NCBI GenBank assembly: GCA_035491955.1
Contig: DATJJU010000015.1
Span: 30,440-94,439 of the forward strand
DNA from: Minisyncoccota bacterium
GTDB lineage: Bacteria; Patescibacteriota; Minisyncoccia; Phycocordibacterales; UBA9973
DNA length: 64,000 bases
Direction: 5' to 3'
Part shown: piece by piece, positions 11,190-19,810 of the stretch
How the letters are laid out: the number at the start of each line of letters is the position of its first letter
How positions within the stretch are numbered: position 1 is the stretch's first letter
Program-made: the position numbers and the translations under genes
Notes under the pieces: model-generated
What the model was told of the DNA's origin: nothing
Database searches by the model: none
The model's input: only the letters and a program-made list of their open reading frames with translations

Positions 11190-12503
11190 ATGCCAAAAAA
11201 ACCCGTTAAGAAATCACAACCAAAGAAAGCAGTAAAGAAGGCGACCGCCTCAAAAAAGACCCAGCTGGCAAAGGGTAAAAAGCCAGCAAAGAAAACAGTC
11301 GTTAAGAAGACTGTAAAAAAAGCAAAAGTTGTGAAGCCAGTAAAAAAGGCTGCTACTCCTCCTAAGAACAAACCAAAACCAATCACGATTCGTCATGCCG
11401 GTACTGCTCCGCGTCGCGAAAACAATAGTGAGAAGAAAATAAAAGAAATGGAAGTAAAGTCCCAAGAGCTTATTGTCAAAGGCAAGAAGCGCGGCTTTAT
11501 TACGTATGATGAAATTTTAAAAACATTCCCGGATATTGAAAACAATATCATGTTCCTCGATGAACTGTACGAAAAGTTCAGCGTAGCAGGCATTGATATT
11601 TTGGAAGGTGGAAATCTGCTCGATATCGATAGCAATGAAGACCTTTCAAAATATGTCAAAGACAGCCACAGTTTCAGTTCGGTGCAAATGTATTTGAAGG
11701 ATATCGGACAGTACCCATTGATCAATGCGGCTCAAGAAAAAGAGTTTGCGAAGCGTATCGCAGCCGGAGACTTGGAAGCAAAGAATCTGCTTGCTCGTTC
11801 AAACTTGCGCTTGGTAGTGTCCATTGCCAAGAAGTACGCTAACCGTACCGCTGACCTGACATTGCTTGATCTTATTCAAGAAGGAAACATCGGGCTCTTT
11901 AAGGCAGTTGAAAAGTTTGACTATACCAAAGGCTTTAAGTTCTCAACCTATGCGACATGGTGGATCAGACAATCAATCACTCGTGCACTGGCTGACCAGT
12001 CACGTACCATTCGTATCCCTGTGCACATGGTAGAAACTATTTCTAAGTATAAACAGGTCATGCGTCGTTTGGCACAAGACTTAGGCCGTGATCCAATGCC
12101 GGAAGAAATTGCAAATGAAATGGGTATCGAAGTTGAGAAAGTTCATGTTATTGAGCAGATCAACCAAGAGACTCGTTCATTAGAGTCTCCGATCGGTGAC
12201 GATGAAGACAAGTCTACATTTGGTGAGTTCATTGCCGATGATAAGATTCTTCGTCCTGACCAGGAAGCCAGTCGTCGCATGCTGCAGGATGCTATCCGCG
12301 CCGTGCTTGAAGAGCTTTCTCCAAAAGAGAAGCGTATCCTTGAAATGCGCTACGGTTTGATTGACGGTGTACAGCACACCCTCGAAGAAGTCGGTAAAGA
12401 GTTTGGTGTCACTCGCGAACGTATTCGTCAAATCGAAGCCAAAGTTCATGAAAAGCTTCGCCAAAACGACCGCATCCAACGCCTCCGCAACTATTTCGAC
12501 TAA
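11190..12503 (+). CDS. rpoD: RNA polymerase primary sigma-70 factor with a ~70-aa lysine-rich (histone H1-like) N-terminal tail
   Basis: Regions 2-4 are conserved ('[10 protein letters not shown]', 'TYATWWIRQ', region 4 HTH '[19 protein letters not shown]'). The N-terminus '[23 protein letters not shown]...' consists of KKxx repeats instead of an acidic region 1.1. Confidence 0.9.
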   Translation: MPKKPVKKSQPKKAVKKATASKKTQLAKGKKPAKKTVVKKTVKKAKVVKPVKKAATPPKNKPKPITIRHAGTAPRRENNSEKKIKEMEVKSQELIVKGKKRGFITYDEILKTFPDIENNIMFLDELYEKFSVAGIDILEGGNLLDIDSNEDLSKYVKDSHSFSSVQMYLKDIGQYPLINAAQEKEFAKRIAAGDLEAKNLLARSNLRLVVSIAKKYANRTADLTLLDLIQEGNIGLFKAVEKFDYTKGFKFSTYATWWIRQSITRALADQSRTIRIPVHMVETISKYKQVMRRLAQDLGRDPMPEEIANEMGIEVEKVHVIEQINQETRSLESPIGDDEDKSTFGEFIADDKILRPDQEASRRMLQDAIRAVLEELSPKEKRILEMRYGLIDGVQHTLEEVGKEFGVTRERIRQIEAKVHEKLRQNDRIQRLRNYFD

Positions 12504-12542
12504 AATCCCATAGGAAATTCCTATGGAGTTTCAACATAAAAA

Positions 12543-12572
12543 CAAAAGCCGTCCAATCAGGGACGGCTTTTG
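12543..12572. terminator. bidirectional intrinsic terminator between convergent rpoD and dsbA-like genes
   Basis: Hairpin AAAAGCCGTCC-aatcag-GGACGGCTTTT with a U-tract on both strands. A second perfect palindrome, CCATAGG-aaatt-CCTATGG, lies at about 12506-12524. Confidence 0.6.
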
Positions 12573-12589
12573 ACCTTTTTATTTCACGA

Positions 12590-13360
12590 TTACTTCAAAA
12601 GGGAATCGATATCCTTCTCAACCGCATCAAGAGGGTATGAACCAGGAATAATGATTTGTTTGCCGGTCTTGGTATTTACGATAATGCTGAATGGCGTACC
12701 TTGCGCGCCGATTGATTCAGATTCTTTTATACTTGCGTCAATTGTTGCACTAGTTGCTGGATTAGCAACACAAGTATTGAAGGCATTCTTATCAACACCT
12801 TGTTCAGATGCGAATGTTGCTAATGTGTTGAAAGTGTCTTTCGTAGGAGAAAGGGTAACATTCATAATGGCATCAAGAAAACCGTTAAATGCTTTTGCTC
12901 CGCCAAGCTGACCGACACAATCTAGGGCCTCTGCTTCATTATGAGAGTCCGGGTGAATATCAAGAGGGAAGTAGCGATACACCCATGCCACTTTTCCTTT
13001 GTAGTCTTTCACCACCTGTTGAAGGACGGGGTGAAATTGCTGACAGAACGGACAGTCACTGTCAGAGTATTCGAAGATCAAAATTTGCGCATTTGCATCC
13101 CCGCGGATATGCGCCATATCGCTCGCGCGAAGAGTGGTAACGCTGGCCGGAATACTTGTCGGGGTCGTAGGTGCTGAGCCTGCCGTATTGCCTGTAGCGC
13201 TAGTACTTCCTGATGGATGTAAAGCGATAATAAGCGCTAATGCGATCATTGCTGCGCCCGTTACTATTGCAGCCGCAATAGTAAGAGGGGCTTTGCTCTT
13301 TATTTGTGTCTCTTGCTGCTGAATTTCAACAGGCTGTTCTTGATTTTCTTGTGGTTCCAT
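12590..13360 (-). CDS. membrane-anchored DsbA-family thiol:disulfide oxidoreductase (thioredoxin fold)
   Basis: An N-terminal TM helix is followed by a thioredoxin-like domain carrying the CPFC active site ('DSDCPFCQQFHPV'). Confidence 0.7.
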   Translation of the reverse strand: MEPQENQEQPVEIQQQETQIKSKAPLTIAAAIVTGAAMIALALIIALHPSGSTSATGNTAGSAPTTPTSIPASVTTLRASDMAHIRGDANAQILIFEYSDSDCPFCQQFHPVLQQVVKDYKGKVAWVYRYFPLDIHPDSHNEAEALDCVGQLGGAKAFNGFLDAIMNVTLSPTKDTFNTLATFASEQGVDKNAFNTCVANPATSATIDASIKESESIGAQGTPFSIIVNTKTGKQIIIPGSYPLDAVEKDIDSLLK

Positions 13361-13398
13361 ACCCGCAGTATATCGTATTTTCTATCTGGAAAAAATAG

Positions 13399-13422
13399 GC
13401 CCTTCATGCTAGTATGAAGGGC
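13399..13422. promoter_or_regulatory. perfect 9-6-9 palindrome GCCCTTCAT-gctagt-ATGAAGGGC in the divergent dsbA-like / GT2 promoter region
   Basis: Read directly. It ends 2 nt before the GT2 start codon. It could be an operator or an RBS-sequestering hairpin. Confidence 0.3.
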
Positions 13423-13423
13423 A

Positions 13424-14674
13424 ATGACCGTAGGGGAAATAATAACGTATGCAGTCATATTTTTGGCTGTCTATGTGCAGGTATTCCTTTTTGTGACCTA
13501 TCTCGAGCATCGCAAAAAGCTGCCACAATTGATGAGTCAGGACGTACCGGAGATCCATAATCCTCCAAAGGTGGCTATTATCGTGCCTTGTTGGAACGAA
13601 GAAAAGACTGTCCATGGCACCATCGCTTCCATCCTAGCGCTTGATTATCCACAGGACAGACTAGAAGTAATTGCTGTTGATGATGGGAGCACGGATACCA
13701 CATGGCAAGAGCTGCAATATTACAAGGACAATCCGCGCGTGCGCATCTTCCAAAAAGAGAATGGCGGCAAGCACACTGCTATTAACTTTGGTATTGATAA
13801 TACGGATGCAGAAATTATTGGAGGACTTGATGCAGACTCATTCGTAGCCCCTGATGCTTTGAAGCGTATGGTCGCCATGTTTCAAGCGGACCCCGCTGTT
13901 ATGGCCGTCACGCCATCGCTGATTGTTCACAATCCTAAAAATCTTCTTCAGTATGCTCAGCGCGTAGAGTACAACATGAGTACTTATAATAAGAAGATGC
14001 TGTCATTCCTTGGCGCTATTCACGTAACACCAGGACCTTTTTCTCTTTTTCGAAAGTCACTCTTTGATCAGATTGGCAAATTCCGCAAAGCTCACAATAC
14101 TGAAGATCAGGAACTTGCATATCGCATGCAGAAAAATCACATGAAGATTGAGCACTGCGTCAACGCATATGTGTATACATCTTCTCCTAATACTGTGAAG
14201 AAATTATATAAACAACGCTTGCGCTGGATCTACGGCTTCATTCAAAATACTATCGACTATCGCCAGCTTGTATTCAATCGGGAGTATCTCAATTTCTCTT
14301 TCTTTACCTTGCCGTCAGGCATTATTTCTATCATTGCTGTCGTTTTCCTGTCAGGAACATTCTTATACGATCTTATCGTCTTTATCATAAAGAAGATTAC
14401 CCAATACTCTACGATCGGCTTTACAACAACACGCTTTCATTTTAACTTCAGCCTTTTCTATATCAATACTCAGACGGTGTTCTTCATTACCATCATTCTG
14501 TATGTTCTCCTTATTTTTTCTATTGTCATGGGCACTCGGCTCAACCAACAGGGTAAGGGGTTTGATTGGCATATCATTCTCTATATAGTCGTGTACAGCA
14601 TCATTGCACCATTCTGGCTTTTGAAAGCAGTATGGAATACAATTACAGGACGACGACAGCCGGCGTGGCGATAA
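13424..14674 (+). CDS. family-2 processive beta-glycosyltransferase (cellulose/chitin/PNAG-synthase-like), membrane-integrated
   Basis: GT2 core 'IVPCWNEE...AVDDGSTD', the 'DADSF' DxD motif, a QxxRW motif 'QRLRW', and multiple C-terminal TM helices. Confidence 0.8.
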   Translation: MTVGEIITYAVIFLAVYVQVFLFVTYLEHRKKLPQLMSQDVPEIHNPPKVAIIVPCWNEEKTVHGTIASILALDYPQDRLEVIAVDDGSTDTTWQELQYYKDNPRVRIFQKENGGKHTAINFGIDNTDAEIIGGLDADSFVAPDALKRMVAMFQADPAVMAVTPSLIVHNPKNLLQYAQRVEYNMSTYNKKMLSFLGAIHVTPGPFSLFRKSLFDQIGKFRKAHNTEDQELAYRMQKNHMKIEHCVNAYVYTSSPNTVKKLYKQRLRWIYGFIQNTIDYRQLVFNREYLNFSFFTLPSGIISIIAVVFLSGTFLYDLIVFIIKKITQYSTIGFTTTRFHFNFSLFYINTQTVFFITIILYVLLIFSIVMGTRLNQQGKGFDWHIILYIVVYSIIAPFWLLKAVWNTITGRRQPAWR

Positions 14675-14678
14675 TACT

Positions 14679-15398
14679 ATGAAGGATTTTAAAAAATATT
14701 TTATCGTACTTCTTATTACGGCCGGACTCTTTGCGGTTGCATGGTCTGCCAGTGAATACTTTAACGACCAGAAGATTGCTGAAATTCAAAAGGCTCAAGA
14801 TCAGGCAACGGTAGATGTTATGTCCTCTGAGACGCAGTTTGACTTGCTTGAAGAGCAGTCATGCCAGGATATTGGCAACAATTACTTGGCGCAGGAAATT
14901 TCTGATCTTGCAGATAAGATCTCATATGCTGAGCAAAATATTAACGACCAAACGCAGATTGCACTGTTGAAACAGCAATATTCAGTGCTAGAAGTAAAAG
15001 ATTTTCTTTTGAACAAGCAGATCAGTGCTCGCTGCAAGACACCGATTGCTACTATTTTATATTTCTACAAAACGGACAATACCTGTGCAGATTGTACCAA
15101 GCAAGGGTATGTTCTTGATGCGCTCCGTCAAAACTATCCTCAGATTCGCGTGTACTCATTTGATGCAGGTCTCGACAGCTCTACTATTAGAGCATTGCTC
15201 ACTATTTATAAAGTTCCGGACAATCTACCAGCACTGATTATTAATGGCAAAACAAAAAGTGGTTTTATGAGTATGGATGATATTACAAAGCTTCTCCCAA
15301 AAACTGTTATCAATCCGGTGACCCCCAAGGCAACAACTTCTACTCCGGCCGTAACTTCAAAAAAGCAGGTTATTCCTACTAGTCAGACCAGTCAATAA
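14679..15398 (+). CDS. membrane-anchored hypothetical protein, possible thioredoxin-like fold (CADC), Thr/Ser-rich C-terminal tail
   Basis: An N-terminal TM helix is present. 'YFYKTDNTCADCTKQG...LPALIINGK' resembles a thioredoxin/glutaredoxin-like CxxC fold. The gene is translationally coupled to both neighbours. Confidence 0.4.
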   Translation: MKDFKKYFIVLLITAGLFAVAWSASEYFNDQKIAEIQKAQDQATVDVMSSETQFDLLEEQSCQDIGNNYLAQEISDLADKISYAEQNINDQTQIALLKQQYSVLEVKDFLLNKQISARCKTPIATILYFYKTDNTCADCTKQGYVLDALRQNYPQIRVYSFDAGLDSSTIRALLTIYKVPDNLPALIINGKTKSGFMSMDDITKLLPKTVINPVTPKATTSTPAVTSKKQVIPTSQTSQ

Positions 15399-16837
15399 TG
15401 AAAGGGTTTTTAAAATCGCATTGGATACTGATCACTACCATTGCAGCGTTTGCGCTGGTTCGTATTGTCACCTTGACCTATCATGGTGTGCCGTACTGGG
15501 ATGCTGCTATTTATATAGGCATGGGAAAGTATCTCTTTTCTCACGGCATTATTGGTACATGGGAAATTCTTCGCCCGGTTGCATTGCCAATCGTTTTGGG
15601 ATCTTTTTGGAAGCTGGGCATTAGTCCGTATCTTGCCGGCACAATCATTAGCTTGCTCATTAGCTGCGCCACTATTGTCTTGGTCTATTTTTTTGCAGAA
15701 GATATTCGCACAGGAGCAGGAGATATTGCAGCTGTAGTTCTGGCTGGTTGCGGAGTCTTTTTTACATATAGTGCTGTTCCTATCACCGATATTATTTCCA
15801 CATTCTTTTCATTGCTGGCGTTATGGCTTACGTACAAAGCTGATAAAAACAGGCAGTATTTTCTTGCCGGCATTACCGTAGCAATAGCATTTATGTTTCG
15901 TTTCCCGCAAGGACTACTTTTGCCATCTACGATGCTTGTGACATTCATAAAAATGTTTCAAGAAAAAGGAAAATGGAATGACAAAATCGTTCGCATGTTG
16001 GAAAGAGTATTTTTGATTGGTGCGGGCTTTTGTATCATAGTTGTACCGTTTCTTGTAGTAAACTATTCTTTTTATCACAATGCTTTCTTGCCATTCATTG
16101 AAGGCACGGCAAGTATTAAAAGTTATCCGAGTTTATACGGCAAAGGCGTATGGTTCTATCCGCTACAGCTATTGAAAGAAGATTTTCTATTGATACTTGG
16201 CATTCTGCCTATCGCTTTATTTTATAAGAAGCAGTATCGATCAAAGGCTGTTATTGCTGTCACAGTGGCGATAGTGATTGTTGGAGGATATTTCGGTATC
16301 TATCAATGGCATAAGGAACTTCGCTATGCATTAGCGTTTCTGCCGTACCTCGCTATTCTTGCTGGTGCAGGCATTGTGTATGTATTGGAGTGGACAAAAA
16401 TGCCGCGCATGCTTTTTTTTGGATTGTTTCTCATTGCCGCATTTATGGTAGCTGCACCACTCTTTGTTTATCGAAATATTGATTCAGATGCGCCGATGTT
16501 CTACAAGTTTGATACATACTTCACGCAAACGCCCGGTGCCCATATCCTGACCACCTCTCCATATACACTCGCATATAGTAGCGTCTATATCACTCACAAC
16601 TTATATGCTGATTGGAATGCTGCATACAGCGATTACAATTCGTTCAAATCTACTAATGACTACATCGCGCTTAACAGTTGCAGTCTTGAGCTTAACTGTC
16701 CCGATGATGGGGGACACTGCACTGACGACAAGCAAAAACTCCTCGCTGAACTAAATAAAGAAGACACTCTCGTCCTCACAACCAAAACCCCTGCACCGAA
16801 TAATTGCGTACTCTCAATATACAAAATAAACCACTAG
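15398..16837 (+). CDS. GT-C fold glycosyltransferase, PMT_2/ArnT-like (GT39/GT83 family)
   Basis: About 11 predicted TM helices. An N-terminal luminal loop 'HGVPYWDAAIYIGMGKY' resembles the D/E motif loop of PMT/ArnT family enzymes. A Cys-rich C-terminal soluble domain is present. TAATG start overlaps the upstream stop. Confidence 0.55.
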   Translation: MKGFLKSHWILITTIAAFALVRIVTLTYHGVPYWDAAIYIGMGKYLFSHGIIGTWEILRPVALPIVLGSFWKLGISPYLAGTIISLLISCATIVLVYFFAEDIRTGAGDIAAVVLAGCGVFFTYSAVPITDIISTFFSLLALWLTYKADKNRQYFLAGITVAIAFMFRFPQGLLLPSTMLVTFIKMFQEKGKWNDKIVRMLERVFLIGAGFCIIVVPFLVVNYSFYHNAFLPFIEGTASIKSYPSLYGKGVWFYPLQLLKEDFLLILGILPIALFYKKQYRSKAVIAVTVAIVIVGGYFGIYQWHKELRYALAFLPYLAILAGAGIVYVLEWTKMPRMLFFGLFLIAAFMVAAPLFVYRNIDSDAPMFYKFDTYFTQTPGAHILTTSPYTLAYSSVYITHNLYADWNAAYSDYNSFKSTNDYIALNSCSLELNCPDDGGHCTDDKQKLLAELNKEDTLVLTTKTPAPNNCVLSIYKINH

Positions 16838-16861
16838 AAAAATCCCCTTTTGGGGATTTTT
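16838..16861. terminator. bidirectional intrinsic terminator AAAAATCCCC-tttt-GGGGATTTTT
   Basis: A perfect 10-bp stem with A/T tracts on both sides. It terminates the GT-C operon on + and the tRNA operon on -. Confidence 0.7.
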
Positions 16862-16863
16862 CT

Positions 16864-16940
16864 GTGGAGCCGGAAGACAGGTTGGGCTGACGAGATCCTT
16901 CGCTTTATACAAAAGGTCACTACAACTGAACTATTCCTCT
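16864..16940 (-). pseudogene. degenerate tandem copy of tRNA-Thr (tRNA relic)
   Basis: The minus-strand sequence aligns along its length with the adjacent tRNA-Thr (shared TAGxTCAGTTG, TTTTGTAxAAAGCGAAGG, GTCAG...CTGTCTTCCGGCTCCA). It has indels, an unpaired acceptor 5' arm and a CCCAACC in place of the T-loop. Confidence 0.5.
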
Positions 16941-16944
16941 AATG

Positions 16945-17017
16945 AGCCGGAAGACAGACTTGAACTGACGACCTTCGCTTTACAAAAGCGTTGCTCTACC
17001 AACTGAGCTATTCCGGC
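16945..17017 (-). tRNA. tRNA-Thr (anticodon UGU)
   Basis: Minus-strand read GCCGGAATAGCTCAGTTGGTAGAGCAACGCTTTTGTAAAGCGAAGGTCGTCAGTTCAAGTCTGTCTTCCGGCT. It folds as a cloverleaf with a 7-bp acceptor stem and an anticodon loop TTTGTAA. Confidence 0.8.
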
Positions 17018-17031
17018 ATACTGATATTCAG

Positions 17032-17454
17032 CTAAGCTACAATATCAGGTTTTTGTTCTTCTTGCAAACCTTCTGAAGGTTTTTTTCTTCTCGCATACAC
17101 CCTTCTCGGCTTCTCTCTTTTGGAGAGGCTCGCCAAGAAATATGAGGATGGTCCGTGTTCAAGGCCGGTCAAAAGGTCTTGTTCGGCAAAAGCTGCTTTA
17201 GCGCGAGGAAAGACTGTAGTAAATACTGTCTTGGCTTTTTTATTGCCCCACACGGCAGCTTTCTTGCTATAGCGAATGCTTTCGTACCAGCTTCGACGGG
17301 CAAGGCGGGCGGTTTTGTTCCAGTGACGTACAACATCGCCGCGCTTCAATGTCTTGCGCTCTAGGCCTTCTTCAGTCTGCCACCACAGCGCCATAGTAGA
17401 AAGCCATAGCGCGATGAGCAGTACTGCCAAAATGCATACTAAGATAAGTATCAT
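17032..17454 (-). CDS. hypothetical small basic membrane-anchored protein
   Basis: An N-terminal TM helix with a Lys/Arg-rich remainder. ATGA overlap with the tsf stop. Confidence 0.4.
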   Translation of the reverse strand: MILILVCILAVLLIALWLSTMALWWQTEEGLERKTLKRGDVVRHWNKTARLARRSWYESIRYSKKAAVWGNKKAKTVFTTVFPRAKAAFAEQDLLTGLEHGPSSYFLASLSKREKPRRVYARRKKPSEGLQEEQKPDIVA

Positions 17455-18236
17455 GCACCTACAGTATACAATACGAAGGTATCAACAGTAGCACCGTTTT
17501 CTTTGGCGTACTGTTCAATGGTCTTTTCTGGGGCCTTGAAAAATGGCTGATTAAGAAGTGTCTGTTCTGCAAAGAAGCTATTGATCTTGCCTTCAAGCAT
17601 CTTGTCTTTGATTTCTTGAGGCTTGTCGCTCTGAGCAACCTCTTCCTCCATCACTGCTTTCACTTTATCCTTTTGCTCTGCTGAGATATCAGCACTACTA
17701 AGGAATGAAGGCTTCATAGCAGCCACATGCATAGCGATATCTTTTGCTACTTCTGGAGTGCCACCTTTCAATACCACTGCAGCAGCAGATTTCTTGTCGA
17801 AGTGAGTGTAGTTGCCAACGACTTCACCTTTAAGATCTTCTGCGCCGCCGAGCTGAATGTTTTCACCAGTCTTCAACACAACCGCATTGATCATTTCTGG
17901 CGCAGCTTCCTGCATTTTTTCTACACCTTGTTCCCATGCGAGAGCGAGAAGTGCATCTGCAAGATTAACGAAGTCGTCGTTCTTTGCTACGAAGTCGGTT
18001 TCGCAGTTCAATACGAGTGTTACAACGCGTGAGCCATCAGTACGCATAACAACAATGCCGTCAGCTGCTGAACGGTCTGATTTCTTTTGTGCTGCTTCGC
18101 CGCCCTTCTTCTGAAGAATGATTAAAGCTTTTTCCATGTCGCCATTGGCTTCTTCCAATGCTTTGCGGCACTGCATGATAGAAATGCCTGTCTTGTCGCG
18201 AAGTTCTTTTACTTGTTCTGTGGTGATTGTACTCAT
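17451..18236 (-). CDS. tsf: elongation factor Ts
   Basis: The N-terminal UBA-like motif 'VKELRDKTGISIMQCRKALEEANGDMEKA' is typical of EF-Ts. Confidence 0.93.
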   Translation of the reverse strand: MSTITTEQVKELRDKTGISIMQCRKALEEANGDMEKALIILQKKGGEAAQKKSDRSAADGIVVMRTDGSRVVTLVLNCETDFVAKNDDFVNLADALLALAWEQGVEKMQEAAPEMINAVVLKTGENIQLGGAEDLKGEVVGNYTHFDKKSAAAVVLKGGTPEVAKDIAMHVAAMKPSFLSSADISAEQKDKVKAVMEEEVAQSDKPQEIKDKMLEGKINSFFAEQTLLNQPFFKAPEKTIEQYAKENGATVDTFVLYTVGA

Positions 18237-18390
18237 TGTTTTTATAATTTATCTAATTAATCTAGTGTTCTAGTGAAGCGGAAATAGAAATACCTTGAGA
18301 AATGCATTGCGCAAGGCTGACTGAGCCGAGCATAGCAAAATTTCAGCAGAAATTTATGCGCGTATTTCGAAAGGTGATTTCTATGAGAGC

Positions 18391-19062
18391 TTACCTTTGA
18401 AATGCGTCTTTTAGTATACCAAGAATTGCAGAAATAGAAGAAGCAGAACTGTCGTTTGCAATGATAGGATATTGGACAGCGCGAGTAGAACAGTCAGTGT
18501 TGCCGATAGCGATCACTGGAATATTAGACTTGCGAGCTTCTGCTACTGCAATGTGCTCTTTCTTTGAGTCGATAACAACTACTGCATCAGGAAGCTTCGT
18601 CATACCAACAAGACCGTTGAAGTATTTGTTCAAACGATCAAGTTCGCGAGTCAAAAGAAGCTGCTCTTTCTTGGTGAACTTTTCGTATTCGCCAGATGCG
18701 CGCTTTTCTTTCATTTCTTCAAGCTTGTTGATACGGCGCTTGATTTCACCGAAGTTGGTAAGCATGCCGCCGATCCAACGTTCAGTAACATATGGCTGAT
18801 GAAGAACGCCCGCTGTTTCTTGAATAGCATTGCGAGATTCTGGCTTCACACCAATAAACAATACTGTCTTGCCGGCAGCACTGAGTTCAGCCAGGAATTT
18901 ACCAGCGGCTTCCATCTGAGGAATAGTCTTTTCAAGATCAATAATGTCGATCTTGTCTTTTGTTCCATAGAGGAACTTGGTCACGGTTGGGTGACGGCGA
19001 GTACGTGAGTATCCATAGTGGACACCTGCCTCCATGAGGGCTTTAGGGTCTATATTTTTCAT
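18391..19062 (-). CDS. rpsB: 30S ribosomal protein S2
   Basis: 'GVHYGYSRTRRHP...' is the conserved S2 N-terminus. rpsB-tsf synteny is present. Confidence 0.95.
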   Translation of the reverse strand: MKNIDPKALMEAGVHYGYSRTRRHPTVTKFLYGTKDKIDIIDLEKTIPQMEAAGKFLAELSAAGKTVLFIGVKPESRNAIQETAGVLHQPYVTERWIGGMLTNFGEIKRRINKLEEMKEKRASGEYEKFTKKEQLLLTRELDRLNKYFNGLVGMTKLPDAVVVIDSKKEHIAVAEARKSNIPVIAIGNTDCSTRAVQYPIIANDSSASSISAILGILKDAFQR

Positions 19063-19240
19063 ACAATCTGTAGCAGGAAGGGAACTAGCCCGACCTTAAT
19101 TACTGAATAATTTCATCAAAAGATGAGCCGTAAATATAGCATCCACAGGCGTTTTTGACAAGAAGCTATACTTGACTTTTTTATAAAATAGTGTTATTAT
19201 TTAATCAAGTAAAAATCGTTTTAAAATTTAAAAAATCAAT

Positions 19241-19387
19241 ATGAAAAATCTTCATGCACTAGGAATCATTTTTGCTCTCCAGTCCATAACTCTTGCAATA
19301 ATCCATGCTCCAGGAGCAGCAACAGTCGTGGGCTCATTAGGAGTAATCTGTGTTATTTGCCAAGCATTTTTAAAATCAAAAGAATAA
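19241..19387 (+). CDS. small hydrophobic protein (48 aa), possible membrane peptide
   Basis: ATG...TAA read by hand. Not in the ORF track because it is under 60 aa. Preceded by TTGACT-N17-TATTAT. Confidence 0.3.
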   Translation: MKNLHALGIIFALQSITLAIIHAPGAATVVGSLGVICVICQAFLKSKE

Positions 19388-19501
19388 AACCCGTAATTAA
19401 GAACTAAACTCCTCGATTAAGAATCGAGGAGTCTTTAGTTCTTATTGACTTTTGAGTAAATGTGTTATAATATAGACAGGAATCCAAAACAAATAAATAC
19501 C

Positions 19502-19702
19502 ATGATTAAAAAATCCTTCTGTATTCTTTTTGCCATTGTTGGCATTGTAGTAATCTATGTAGCGTGTTTTACGCTTACTTTCAATGATAATCGTGCCTAT
19601 ACCGCAATGATCGGTATTGTCACAGCTATGATTGGAGTATATTGGTTTCCCTGGGAAACCTTGTCGAAGCCTGGATCAGCAGCAGCTATCCGCCGTTTTT
19701 AA
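19502..19702 (+). CDS. small 2-TM membrane protein (66 aa)
   Basis: I chose the internal Met start because the listed ATG at 19460 lies inside a TTGACT...TGTGTTATAAT promoter. A hairpin terminator follows at about 19727-19756. Confidence 0.35.
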   Translation: MIKKSFCILFAIVGIVVIYVACFTLTFNDNRAYTAMIGIVTAMIGVYWFPWETLSKPGSAAAIRRF

Positions 19703-19810
19703 AGAAGGGAAGATAATCGTGAAGAGGCCTGCCTACCTAATTGGCAGGCTTTTTTATTTGCTTTTTAAGGTAAATATGGTAAAAGTCATACAGATTTAAA
19801 TCTTCGAAAA

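Noticed and set aside
11153-11725. Minus-strand ORFs mirroring the 5' end of rpoD (11153..11386-, 11250..11465-, 11393..11725-)
   Set aside because: They are artefacts of the Lys-codon (AAR) repeat, which yields Phe-rich ORFs (TTY) on the opposite strand.
12570-13322. Four plus-strand ORFs antisense to the DsbA-like gene
   Set aside because: The minus-strand frame carries the CPFC thioredoxin motif and a TM helix, and the plus-strand ORFs are Cys/Arg-rich noise.
16864-16940. Upstream tRNA-like element as a second functional tRNA
   Set aside because: The acceptor 5' arm does not pair, the T-loop lacks TTC, and the D-arm is disrupted. I called it a relic instead.
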